Assembly (NCBI GenBank): GCA_039028335.1
Contig: JBCCIF010000003.1
Location: 19,349 to 83,348 of the forward strand
DNA from: Bacteroidota bacterium
GTDB taxonomy: Bacteria > Bacteroidota > Bacteroidia > Flavobacteriales_D > JABDKJ01
DNA: 64,000 bases
Direction: 5' to 3'
In this document: positions 54,805-64,000 of the stretch, piece by piece
How positions within the stretch are numbered: the stretch's first letter is position 1
Layout of the letters: every line of letters starts with the position of its first letter
Program-made: the position numbers and the translations under genes
Notes under the pieces: generated by a model
Told to the model about the DNA's origin: nothing
The model's database searches: none
What the model saw: only the letters and a program-made list of their open reading frames with translations

Positions 54805-57060
54805 TTATTCCAATTCAAATTCCAATATCTGGAGATCTCTCGAATTTGGACCAACCATTATATGGAAGTCTCCGGCTTCAGTTTTCCAGTCCCCATTATC
54901 ATTAAATGATCCAAGATTACTTTCATCGAGCGTAAAATTAATTGTCTTGCTTTCACCAGCCTTCAGCTCAATTTTTTCAAAACCCTTAAGTTCTTTGATT
55001 GGACGCGCTGGCCGTGCAACGAGGTCTCGGATATAAAGTTGAACAATCTCCTTTGCATCGAATTCTCCAGTATTCGTTACTTCTAAAGACAGGCTTGTTG
55101 TTTTTCCTTTTGCATTCGTGATTTTAGCTTTACCATATTCAAAAGAGGTATAAGACAAACCAAAACCAAAGGGATAAAGCGGTTCATTACTCATGTCACT
55201 ATAGTGTGACCAGAACACTTCATTTTTAGGACCTGGTCTTCCTGTATTCAAATAATTATAATAGATAGGCACTTGGCTTACTGATCTGGGGAAAGTCATT
55301 GTTAATTTTCCGCTAGGCACAGTCTTTCCGTACAGCACTTCAGCTATGGCATTGCCGGTTTCGGTGCCCAATTGCCAACATGCTAAGACAGCAGGTAAAT
55401 TTGCATCTGCCCATGAAAGATCTAAAGGTCTACCGCTCATTACTACCAGCACAATATTTGGATTTACAGCATAGATAGCGGATAGCATTTCTTGTTGAAA
55501 TCCAGGCAAACCTATATTACCTCGACTCCTTCCTTCGCCACTTTGAAAGCCGTGTTCTCCCATAACCAAGACCACTTTTTCAGCATTTCTGGCCAAGGCA
55601 ATTGCCTCATCTAATCCTTTCTTATTGTCCTCATTTACATTGATGTGCATATGAAACATGGCATCACCTGAAAAATAATCTGGACCTTTTTCGAAATCAA
55701 CTTTAGTCGACAAAGACTCCATCCCCTCTTTCAATGTAACTCCTGTAAAATTGTCAGATCCCAGTCGCCAATTTCCCAATGGACTATTATCATCGTCAGC
55801 CAATGCACCGATTAGCGCCACTTTCTTATCAGGGTCCAATGGAAGCATGTTCTTTTCGTTTTTAAGTAAGACTATAGATTCCTTGGCCATTGCCAGGGCA
55901 TCAGCCCTATTCTGTGCGCTGAAGACGTCCGTTTTTTCGCGTTCTTCATTACAGTATTTGTACGGATCTTCGAAAAGACCTAAATCCTCTTTCACTTCTA
56001 ATATCCTTTTTACAGCATCATCTATATATTCCATAGGCACAGCTCCATCTTCAACTGCTTTTTGCAAGTGATTTACAAAAGCATATGATTCCATATCCAT
56101 ATCAGAACCCGCATTCGCGGATAGTTCCGCAACCTCATCCATATCTTTCGCATAGCCATGGGCAATCATTTCCGCACCTGATCCCCAATCTGAAACAATA
56201 AAACCAGGGTAGTTCCATTTTTCCTTTAAAAGGTCTCTTTGTAAAAATTCATCCGCAGTAGCTGGAATTCCATTGAGCGTATTGAAACTATTCATAAATG
56301 TCTTCACATCGCTTTCAGCCGCAGCCTTGAACGGAGGCAAGATCATATTGTGCAATGTGTTCAATCCAACATCAGCCGTATTGTAATCCTTACCCGACTC
56401 TGCAAAACCGTATCCAGCAAAGTGCTTTGCTGTTGCTGCAATCGTATGTGGGGCACTGAGGTCATCTCCCTGAAAGCCTTCAACGCGGGCTTTTGCAATT
56501 AAGGAACCTAAAAAAGGATCTTCTCCTGCACCTTCCATAACTCTACCCCATCTTGCGTCCCTAGAAATATCCACCATTGGTGCGAAGGTCCAATTGATTC
56601 CCATTGCACTTGCTTCTCTAGCTGCCATAGCAGCCGATTTCTTCATCAAGTCTAAGTTCCAAGAACAACTCTCCGCCAAAGGAATAGGGGCTAAGGTCTT
56701 GTGTCCGTGAATAACGTCATAGCCAAAAAGCAAGGGAATACCCAATCGCGTTTCGTTTACGGCCATCTCTTGCCACTTTCGAGCATCTTCTACGCCATGG
56801 ACATTTAGAACAGCACCCAATTGACCATTCTTTAGATGATCGTACTTCATCTTCGCGTCTCCACCTATTGGTGCAGGCCCAGTCAAAGACCAAAAGCTCG
56901 AATAGAGGTTCATTTGTCCTATTTTCTCCTCGAGGGTCATTTTAGCCATCAAGTCATCTATGCTTGAGAACACTCTGTCTTCCCCTGTTCTAGAATCATT
57001 GAAACAACCTGAAAAAATCAAAACCAATCCCAGGCAAAACAAGATTAAATTCCTTTTCAT
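54805..57060 (-). CDS. bglX: Glycoside hydrolase family 3 beta-glucosidase (periplasmic BglX-like)
   Basis: Lipoprotein-like signal (LIFSGC), EEKIGQMNL, a GH3 nucleophile region GFIVSDWG, and the C-terminal fibronectin-like domain motif ELKGFEKI. Confidence 0.85.
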   Translation of the reverse strand: MKRNLILFCLGLVLIFSGCFNDSRTGEDRVFSSIDDLMAKMTLEEKIGQMNLYSSFWSLTGPAPIGGDAKMKYDHLKNGQLGAVLNVHGVEDARKWQEMAVNETRLGIPLLFGYDVIHGHKTLAPIPLAESCSWNLDLMKKSAAMAAREASAMGINWTFAPMVDISRDARWGRVMEGAGEDPFLGSLIAKARVEGFQGDDLSAPHTIAATAKHFAGYGFAESGKDYNTADVGLNTLHNMILPPFKAAAESDVKTFMNSFNTLNGIPATADEFLQRDLLKEKWNYPGFIVSDWGSGAEMIAHGYAKDMDEVAELSANAGSDMDMESYAFVNHLQKAVEDGAVPMEYIDDAVKRILEVKEDLGLFEDPYKYCNEEREKTDVFSAQNRADALAMAKESIVLLKNEKNMLPLDPDKKVALIGALADDDNSPLGNWRLGSDNFTGVTLKEGMESLSTKVDFEKGPDYFSGDAMFHMHINVNEDNKKGLDEAIALARNAEKVVLVMGEHGFQSGEGRSRGNIGLPGFQQEMLSAIYAVNPNIVLVVMSGRPLDLSWADANLPAVLACWQLGTETGNAIAEVLYGKTVPSGKLTMTFPRSVSQVPIYYNYLNTGRPGPKNEVFWSHYSDMSNEPLYPFGFGLSYTSFEYGKAKITNAKGKTTSLSLEVTNTGEFDAKEIVQLYIRDLVARPARPIKELKGFEKIELKAGESKTINFTLDESNLGSFNDNGDWKTEAGDFHIMVGPNSRDLQILEFELE

Positions 57061-57166
57061 ACTGGAAATTTAAAATTTCTCCTTTAAATAGTGTCACAAA
57101 GACACTAATAAATTAATTGGTTGAACGGCCTTAAAAAGTGATAAGAAACTGCCAGCTGAACTGCAA

Positions 57167-58048
57167 TTGGTTATTTTTGGATCAGCATTTGAAGAAACCT
57201 TGAAGCTTAAGTACGCACACTTTTATTTGATATCCCTCTTGCCTTTTTGGGCACTAAATGCGATCGCGCATCTTGCTTTCTTCTTCTTATACTATGTATT
57301 TGGCTATCGCAAAAAAGTAGTACTTGAAAATTTGAAAAGTTCTTTTCCAAATGAATCAAAAAAACAAATAGTAAGCACTGCCAAAAAATTTTTCAAGCAT
57401 TTTTGCCGCTCCTTTATAGAAAGTTTGAAGCTTTTGACTTTGTTAAAAAAGAAATTTGGAGATCAATACCATTTGACCAACCCAGAGGTATTGACCAAGA
57501 GTTTAGAGGAAGGGCGCAGCGTCATGCTTTACGGTTCGCATTTTGGAAATTGGGAATGGATGACTTATCTGCCTTCACAAATTGAATGCGCCATGTTTTC
57601 TTTTTATCGGAAAGTAAGTAATGGCTATTTCAACGACTTCATGATCCATATGCGCCAACGCTTCGGAAATATATGCATAGAGTCGGAAAAAGGTCCACGA
57701 ACGATTATACAGAATCAACGCAAGAACGTGGCAGGTCTTTACTATCTGATCGGAGATCAATCTCCGAATAAGTCAAGTAGTTTTAAATGGTTCAATTTCT
57801 TGAATCAAGAAACGGCCTTTTTGATGGGTGCGCCTAAATTGGCCAAGCGATTTGAAATGGACTCTTTCTATGCCCAAGTGAAAACTGAGAAGACTTTTCA
57901 TTATGAAATTACTTTCGTCCCATTTCCAAAAGAAATTAGCGAAGATGAAATGGCCGAATTTTATGTCAAGGAATTGGAAAAAAATATTCGCGCCCAAAAA
58001 CATTTGTGGTTGTGGTCGCATAAGCGGTGGAAGATGAAAAAAGAATAG
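57167..58048 (+). CDS. Lysophospholipid/lipid A (LpxL/HtrB-like) acyltransferase family protein
   Basis: The N-terminal region reads ...YLISLLPFWALNAIAHLAFFFLYYVFGYRKKVVLENLKSSFP and the HX4D-like region reads YGSHFGNWEW. No ATG start exists. Candidate starts are the TTG at 57167 or 57200. Confidence 0.65.
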   Translation: MVIFGSAFEETLKLKYAHFYLISLLPFWALNAIAHLAFFFLYYVFGYRKKVVLENLKSSFPNESKKQIVSTAKKFFKHFCRSFIESLKLLTLLKKKFGDQYHLTNPEVLTKSLEEGRSVMLYGSHFGNWEWMTYLPSQIECAMFSFYRKVSNGYFNDFMIHMRQRFGNICIESEKGPRTIIQNQRKNVAGLYYLIGDQSPNKSSSFKWFNFLNQETAFLMGAPKLAKRFEMDSFYAQVKTEKTFHYEITFVPFPKEISEDEMAEFYVKELEKNIRAQKHLWLWSHKRWKMKKE

Positions 58049-58096
58049 AATTGTAAATCTATTGGCATCTTTCCTTAACTTCCCAAAAAAAAATCC

Positions 58097-59635
58097 ATGT
58101 TAGTAAAAACCTTTGGCTGTGCTGTGCTCGGCATCGATGCCACATTGGTCACCATTGAAGTCGATGTTAGCAAAGGCGCATTTTTTCATCTAGTTGGCCT
58201 GCCGGATAATGCCGTTCGTGAAAGTCACAAACGAATCAATGCCGCGCTAGCCAATATAGGCTATAAATTTCCACGAAAAGGAGTGACCGTAAATATGGCT
58301 CCTGCTGACATTCGCAAAGAGGGTGCGGCCTATGATTTGGCACTAACCATGGGGGTGCTAGCCGCTTCCGGGCAAGTGGAACATGAAAATATTGCTGAAT
58401 TCATTCTCATGGGAGAGCTTGCTTTAGACGGGGGGTTGCGTCCCATTAAAGGCGTGTTGCCCATTGCTATTGAAGCCAAGAAACATGGCTTCAAAGGGAT
58501 TTTCCTTCCGGAGGAAAATGCCATGGAAGCGGCCATAGTCAATGATCTTGAAGTCTATGGAGTCAATCATCTGAAAGATGTAATTGACTTTTTCAATGAA
58601 GATTCCAATTTGAGCAGAGTAGAGTTCGACACACGTGCGCGATTCTTTGACCGTATAGAAAATTACCCAGTAGATTTTGACGATGTCAAAGGTCAAGAAA
58701 ATATTAAAAGGGCATTTGAAATTGCGGCAGCAGGGGGCCATAATATTATCCTCATAGGACCACCCGGTGCGGGAAAAACAATGCTTGCCAAAAGATTACC
58801 TACCATCCTTCCACCGCTTAATCTAAATGAAGCCCTAGAAACAACAAAGATTCATTCCGTAGCGGGAAAGATGAAAGATGAAGATGGACTTATTTCAGTC
58901 AGACCGTTTCGATCACCTCATCATACGATTTCGGATGTTGCTCTGGTGGGAGGTGGAAGTTTTCCTCAGCCTGGAGAAATTTCTTTAGCGCACAATGGGG
59001 TCTTATTTTTAGACGAGCTACCTGAGTTCAAACGCACTGTATTGGAAGTGATGCGACAACCATTGGAGGATCGAACAGTGAGCATATCGCGCGCACGATT
59101 TGCTGTAGATTATCCAGCAAGCCTTATGCTTGTAGCTAGTATGAATCCCTGTCCTTGTGGGTATTATAATCATCCTGAAAAAGAGTGCATGTGTCCTCCG
59201 GGAATGGTACAAAAGTATTTGAACAAGATCTCAGGACCTTTGCTCGATCGAATTGACATTCATATTGAGGTCACTCCTGTTTCCTTTGAGGAACTGTCCG
59301 ATACACGACCTACCGAAAAGAGCAACCGTATACGCTCTCGGGTTATGGAAGCGAGAACTATTCAACACGAGCGGTTCAGCGGTATTTCTAAGGTCCATGC
59401 CAACGCTCAAATGGATAAGAAACAGATTCTCGAGTTTTGTCAGATTTCATCGTCTGGCAAAGAGCTGCTGAAAAAAGCAATGGATAAGCTTGGATTATCC
59501 GCTAGAGCTTATGACCGCATCTTAAAAGTTTCACGAACTATTGCGGATTTAGAAAAATCAGAAAAAATTGAAAATAATCACTTAGCCGAAGCGATTCAAT
59601 ATCGAAGTCTTGATCGAGAAGGTTGGGCAGGATGA
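58097..59635 (+). CDS. comM: YifB/ComM-family Mg-chelatase-like AAA+ ATPase
   Basis: N-terminal Lon-protease-like domain, Walker [23 protein letters not shown], and 512 aa. Confidence 0.9.
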   Translation: MLVKTFGCAVLGIDATLVTIEVDVSKGAFFHLVGLPDNAVRESHKRINAALANIGYKFPRKGVTVNMAPADIRKEGAAYDLALTMGVLAASGQVEHENIAEFILMGELALDGGLRPIKGVLPIAIEAKKHGFKGIFLPEENAMEAAIVNDLEVYGVNHLKDVIDFFNEDSNLSRVEFDTRARFFDRIENYPVDFDDVKGQENIKRAFEIAAAGGHNIILIGPPGAGKTMLAKRLPTILPPLNLNEALETTKIHSVAGKMKDEDGLISVRPFRSPHHTISDVALVGGGSFPQPGEISLAHNGVLFLDELPEFKRTVLEVMRQPLEDRTVSISRARFAVDYPASLMLVASMNPCPCGYYNHPEKECMCPPGMVQKYLNKISGPLLDRIDIHIEVTPVSFEELSDTRPTEKSNRIRSRVMEARTIQHERFSGISKVHANAQMDKKQILEFCQISSSGKELLKKAMDKLGLSARAYDRILKVSRTIADLEKSEKIENNHLAEAIQYRSLDREGWAG

Positions 59636-59651
59636 CCTAACCATGGCTTGA

Positions 59652-62600
59652 CTATCGTATGACTGTAATATGACCATGCATGTCGACTGTATTCTCCAAA
59701 GGCTTATAATACCCACTAAAATTTAATCTCCATACATAAATTTCGTTCGCTACGTAATACTCTTCATTCACATCCATAGAAGCATTCCATCCTTTTTCAG
59801 GGTCATCAGTTTCAAATACTTTTTGTCCCCATCTATTCCAAACCTCTAATCTATAGTCTCTAACAGGGCAAGTTATAACCGGGAGAAAAACATCATTCAG
59901 TCCATCCGCATTTGGAGTAATGGCATTTGGACTATAGATATCACATGAACAGGGTAAATTCTCAATTTCAAAGCCTTCTTGAAATTGACCACAGGAGTTT
60001 TCTATTTGATACCAATAAGGCCCTTCCTGAATGATGTAAATAGAATCTCCTCTATTACCATTGCTCCAAATAATCGAGTTCAAAGCGGCATCTATATTGA
60101 GCTGAACAAGGAGGGTATCATCATCACATTTCACAGGGGATAAATCCAAAATCGGAAACACAAAATATTGAACACTAACTTCATCGCTTGAAATGCAGCC
60201 TGAAATTAAATCTTCAACAATTAGCTCATAAGTTACATCTTGGTCAATTGTCACTTCTGGATTTGAGATCCCTGAATTATTCAAACCCGCAGAAGGATTC
60301 CAACTGTATTGCATATCAACTATTGGAGAGGAACCTAACTGAAGAAACTGCCCTTCGCAGAGAAGTGTATCATTTCCTGCATTAGCCAAAGGCATTGGAA
60401 AAACATTCACGAATAAAGATTCTGTGAATTGGCCGCAATCGTCAGATACATTTAAACTAATTTCAATTTGCCCGGTTTGATTTGGCTGAAGTAATGGAGG
60501 AGTAGGGCCTTCAAATGTTGAAGGCAAAAAAGCATCTCCAAAATCCCAGTTATATGTAGCCATACCATTAGCATTCGTGGTATTTACTATCTCTAAGAGT
60601 TCATTCGCACATATATCGGGATCAAATTCAAATGACGGAAAAGTCAAGCAACAGTCTTCATCCACGTCTATTTGAACACTTTCTGTTCGTGTACAATTTC
60701 CATTTGAAATTGAAACGGAATAAAGTGTAGAGGAAATAGGCGCAGCCATTGGATTTTGAACAAAACTTGAACTCAGGCCAATTGAAGGTGACCAAAAATA
60801 TGTGGAACCACCACTTGCATTAAGCTGGGCACTATCATTCTGACAAATCTCAATGGACGGACCTATAGAAGTATTTAAAATATCAACTTCTATGGTATCG
60901 GAAAACAGATCAAAACACTGCTCATCTTGAGCAATAAGAGAGATTTCAAATAATCCATTTTGATCAAAGAAATATTCAAAATTCAAAGTACTGTCAACCG
61001 TAATCCCATTTACTGCCCAAAAGTAATTCTCTGCATTTACACTTGAATTATTAAAACTTAAAGCGCCAGGCTCGCACAAAAATTCGATAGTACTTATGAA
61101 TGAAGATTCCACCGAACATGTGTCACCACAATCTGTGGTGCAAAATTCAACTATTTCAAAACTGGGTTCAATAATACTTGTATTCAAATCGGTTACAGTT
61201 ACCGGAGGGCTCGAAGTAGAAATTGGCCAATCTGAACTTGTCCAAATCAAAGGTTCCATATTTGGAGTCCATTCGGAAGTCAAACAAGAATTAAAGTCCA
61301 AATCAGTATGTATGACAACAGCATCTCTTTCACCAAATCCTTGCGCAATTGGATCGACAAATCCAGAGAACACAAGCGAATTAGAACCTCCATTGTTATT
61401 ATACTTTAAGCGTCCACCTTGAACGTCATCCAACCTTTTCGAGTAAATAATATTCCCAACAAGATCCATTTTCAAAACATAGGCTTTTGTGAATGCCCCA
61501 TCATTTTCTCTGACTATGAAATAGATATTGCCATCATCATCATCAATGACATCATAGCCTAAATTCGGATCAAGTGGAAAATCAATCTCGAAGGACCATT
61601 CGTGATTCCAATCACTATCCAATTTAGACACAAAGACATCTTTATCTCCTGATTGCCCCGTTTGCCCGCAGATGGCAATACCACCATCTTGAGTTTGTGT
61701 TAATCGGGGATTATCATCCCAGATTGTTCCGGTATCAAATTCTGCTTTTTGTATAATATTACCATCCGTATCATAATGGATTAAGAAATAGTTGCCATTT
61801 CCACCGACTGCATGTGCCCCTCCTGTAATATAACAGCCGCCATCTTCATCTGGCTGCAAATCAAACATTTGATCATCGAGTTCGTCCATGACTTCGTGCC
61901 AAATTATGTCACCATTGCCATCGATCTTCATCAATAATACATTGTCGGAACTACCACCGGCACTTGTCCATGCACATACGAAATACGTGTCGCCAAGAGA
62001 AGGACAAATTTTAGGATACCGATCATATGACAACTCATACTTTTTGTCCCAAAGGATGTCGCCATTTGGATCCACCCGATAGACGTGTATATCTCCTTCA
62101 ACAGGCAGAGAACGGTGCATTACAAATATCAAGTCGCCATTTGGACACCTGACCATGCTCGTAGCAGAGATTCCAGTGCTGTATCCTTTGACCCAATCTA
62201 AACTTCCATCGGTATTGATATGGGCGAGTACTCCGTTATCACTCTCTCGACCTACTGCATAGATAGAGTTGTCAATTGGATTAATAACATTGTCTATAAA
62301 ATGATTGTCCGAACTGTTTCCATATAGATTACTATAAAAACATTCAAAAGCAGCAGGTTGAGGCAATACAGTAATTATGGCCTCTCCTATTCCAGAGCCT
62401 GCGCAAGATTGATCAGCAAAGTTCAATATGTTATATGAAGCAGAAGAAACGGGTTGGACGGCAATCTGGAATGGATTATCATATATTCCTGTAAATAATT
62501 GAGGATTTGTTCCATCAGATAGCTCAAATGAGAAAGGTGGATTTCCTTGGAAATTTACATTCAAGTATGCGGTCATACCATCGGTGATTATAGCTGACCC

Positions 62601-64000
62601 TCCCAATTCTGCTGAAGGATAGTCAACTGTAATAAAGTCCGCGATAATAAGTTCATCCGATCCGTCTGGATTAGAAACGACAAGTTCGACCCCGTATACA
62701 CCAGGATTGTTATATGTTACAAATGGATTTTGTAATGTAGAGGAGGCAGGAGAACCGCCAGGAAATGTCCAATTCCAGCTACTGGGGTCATTTGTACTTA
62801 GGTCTGCAAACGCAACCTGATATCCGGGACAAACAAAATTAATATCCGCTTCAAAATCAGCAGAGACTATTGGAGCGCATGCCAAGGCACCTTGTGCATT
62901 AACTCTTCCAGCACCAATTTGACCTACGAAAGAAGCGTTTTGAGCGTCAATATTGTCGCAAGAGCTTTCGAGGCAATATTCTACATCTTCTGGGCTCATA
63001 CCAGGATTATTTGAAATCATTAAGCCACATAAACCAGAGACAAATGGACAAGCCATAGATGTTCCACTAAGCTCGCCATAACTATTTAATGATCCAGCCA
63101 AACAACTCAATATATCAACGCCCGGAGCCATTACATCTATCGCATTTCCATAATTGGAAAAGCCAGCTCGCACATCGTTCGCATCAGTCGCTCCTACGCT
63201 AATCACATGTTCATAGCTAGCCGGATACATAGGCACGCTGGTATTGCTATTTCCAGCAGCAGCAACACAGACTTTTCCTTGATTATGAGCTACTTCAAAA
63301 AGCAATTGATAGGTATTTGAAAAAGCACTTCCGCCCCATGACATAGAAATGATTTGAGCATCTGTTGCAAGCGCGTAGTCAATTCCGCTATATGCACTTG
63401 GAAGTTGTCCACTTCCATTGCTCGCTGCTTTAATAGGTATGAAGGTGCAGTTAAACCCTATAGAAGCTATTCCAATTCCATTGTTCGTGGATGCCGCTGC
63501 AATTCCAGCTACGTGCGTTCCATGCGTCCAAGAATTATTGCTAAAAATATCCGGATTGGGGTCATTGTCATTATCAGATGCATCCCAACCATTTATATCA
63601 TCAACATATCCATTGCCATCATCATCAATTCCATTTCCTGGTATTTCAGCAGAGTTTATCCAAATATTCCCTGTTAAATCCTCATGATCCATGCGAAAAG
63701 CATCATCGACAATTGCAATTTTTACATTTGGATTACCGGTACTAATATCCCAAGCATTTTCTGCGCTTGTAATTGACACATTGTATTGTCCGGAATTTAA
63801 GTCATTTGGAGATAAAAACAACCCATAAGATGGGACTTTCTCAATGTATTCAATAGCCTTAAGTCCGCTATAGGCAGATTGATAGTCCTCAAATGAGCCC
63901 TCAAATTCTATCAAAAAAATATGCTGTAATGAAGTATCAGGAAATTTAAAGGCTGATCTAAAAGCAATTAAAGGAAAAGTCTGTTCTAACTCATGCAGTT
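59652..64000 (-). CDS. Subtilase (S8) fused to PKD, beta-propeller (SBBP-like) and T9SS type B CTD; N-terminus beyond the window end
   Basis: The frame stays open upstream of the track's TTG (63914) to the window edge (...LHELEQTFPLIAFRSAFKFPDTSLQHIFLIEFEG). The catalytic triad context is IAIVDD (about 63707), HGTHVAGIAAA (63524) and GTSMACPFVSG (Ser codon 63057-63059). PKD-like segments are present. Repeated D.(D/N)G(D/N)IIW motifs occur at about 61200-62350. The C-terminus reads CSCDIYSPNAITPNADGLNDVFLPV...VWNRWGQKVFET. Confidence 0.85.
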   Translation of the reverse strand, partial: LHELEQTFPLIAFRSAFKFPDTSLQHIFLIEFEGSFEDYQSAYSGLKAIEYIEKVPSYGLFLSPNDLNSGQYNVSITSAENAWDISTGNPNVKIAIVDDAFRMDHEDLTGNIWINSAEIPGNGIDDDGNGYVDDINGWDASDNDNDPNPDIFSNNSWTHGTHVAGIAAASTNNGIGIASIGFNCTFIPIKAASNGSGQLPSAYSGIDYALATDAQIISMSWGGSAFSNTYQLLFEVAHNQGKVCVAAAGNSNTSVPMYPASYEHVISVGATDANDVRAGFSNYGNAIDVMAPGVDILSCLAGSLNSYGELSGTSMACPFVSGLCGLMISNNPGMSPEDVEYCLESSCDNIDAQNASFVGQIGAGRVNAQGALACAPIVSADFEADINFVCPGYQVAFADLSTNDPSSWNWTFPGGSPASSTLQNPFVTYNNPGVYGVELVVSNPDGSDELIIADFITVDYPSAELGGSAIITDGMTAYLNVNFQGNPPFSFELSDGTNPQLFTGIYDNPFQIAVQPVSSASYNILNFADQSCAGSGIGEAIITVLPQPAAFECFYSNLYGNSSDNHFIDNVINPIDNSIYAVGRESDNGVLAHINTDGSLDWVKGYSTGISATSMVRCPNGDLIFVMHRSLPVEGDIHVYRVDPNGDILWDKKYELSYDRYPKICPSLGDTYFVCAWTSAGGSSDNVLLMKIDGNGDIIWHEVMDELDDQMFDLQPDEDGGCYITGGAHAVGGNGNYFLIHYDTDGNIIQKAEFDTGTIWDDNPRLTQTQDGGIAICGQTGQSGDKDVFVSKLDSDWNHEWSFEIDFPLDPNLGYDVIDDDDGNIYFIVRENDGAFTKAYVLKMDLVGNIIYSKRLDDVQGGRLKYNNNGGSNSLVFSGFVDPIAQGFGERDAVVIHTDLDFNSCLTSEWTPNMEPLIWTSSDWPISTSSPPVTVTDLNTSIIEPSFEIVEFCTTDCGDTCSVESSFISTIEFLCEPGALSFNNSSVNAENYFWAVNGITVDSTLNFEYFFDQNGLFEISLIAQDEQCFDLFSDTIEVDILNTSIGPSIEICQNDSAQLNASGGSTYFWSPSIGLSSSFVQNPMAAPISSTLYSVSISNGNCTRTESVQIDVDEDCCLTFPSFEFDPDICANELLEIVNTTNANGMATYNWDFGDAFLPSTFEGPTPPLLQPNQTGQIEISLNVSDDCGQFTESLFVNVFPMPLANAGNDTLLCEGQFLQLGSSPIVDMQYSWNPSAGLNNSGISNPEVTIDQDVTYELIVEDLISGCISSDEVSVQYFVFPILDLSPVKCDDDTLLVQLNIDAALNSIIWSNGNRGDSIYIIQEGPYWYQIENSCGQFQEGFEIENLPCSCDIYSPNAITPNADGLNDVFLPVITCPVRDYRLEVWNRWGQKVFETDDPEKGWNASMDVNEEYYVANEIYVWRLNFSGYYKPLENTVDMHGHITVIR

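Noticed and set aside
1-64000. I looked for mobile elements, prophage genes, restriction-modification, toxin-antitoxin, CRISPR-Cas or other defence islands.
   Set aside because: I found no integrase, transposase, recombinase, phage structural, methyltransferase or nuclease signatures in any listed ORF. There are no terminal inverted repeats or flanking direct repeats. The accessory character of the window is due to T9SS cargo genes instead.

Overview
AT-rich chromosomal segment whose gene content points to a Bacteroidota genome of the Flavobacteriia/Cytophagia type. That assignment is an inference from T9SS genes, sigma/FecR/TonB modules and gene order; no search was run. I support about 46 protein-coding genes, three rho-independent terminators and three large intragenic repeat arrays. 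I found no rRNA, tRNA, CRISPR array, transposase, integrase or recognisable defence genes. Housekeeping genes are purS, pssA, an arginase-family gene, ctlX-like, an M1 peptidase, ssb, asd, lspA, a dksA-like gene, ileS, recG, a GH3 beta-glucosidase, an acyltransferase and comM/yifB. Interleaved with them is an unusually dense set of type IX secretion (T9SS) genes:
- A SprB-repeat giant protein running off the left edge.
- Four proteins with gliding-motility type B C-terminal domains: 328 aa, 2095 aa, 645 aa and a >1449-aa subtilase running off the right edge.
- Two PorP/SprF-family genes placed immediately downstream of type B cargo genes.
- A tightly coupled PorV/PorQ-like barrel plus a 1686-aa PorU-like C25 peptidase, with V-like before U-like.
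The best candidate for something not yet characterised is this long, reversed PorV-like/PorU-like pair. It could be an alternative T9SS sorting module, sitting in a region rich in type B cargo, whose processing and attachment machinery is not established. Other notable items:
- The 2095-aa adhesin, with a 295-aa tandem duplication and a ~706-aa Asp-rich thrombospondin-type-3-like array.
- An ECF sigma operon bracketed by two beta-helix 'adhesin-like' proteins.
- A TlpA thioredoxin translationally coupled to a beta-barrel protein ending in a CxxC tail.
All functional calls rest on motif recognition by eye. Coordinates of non-ATG starts are less certain.
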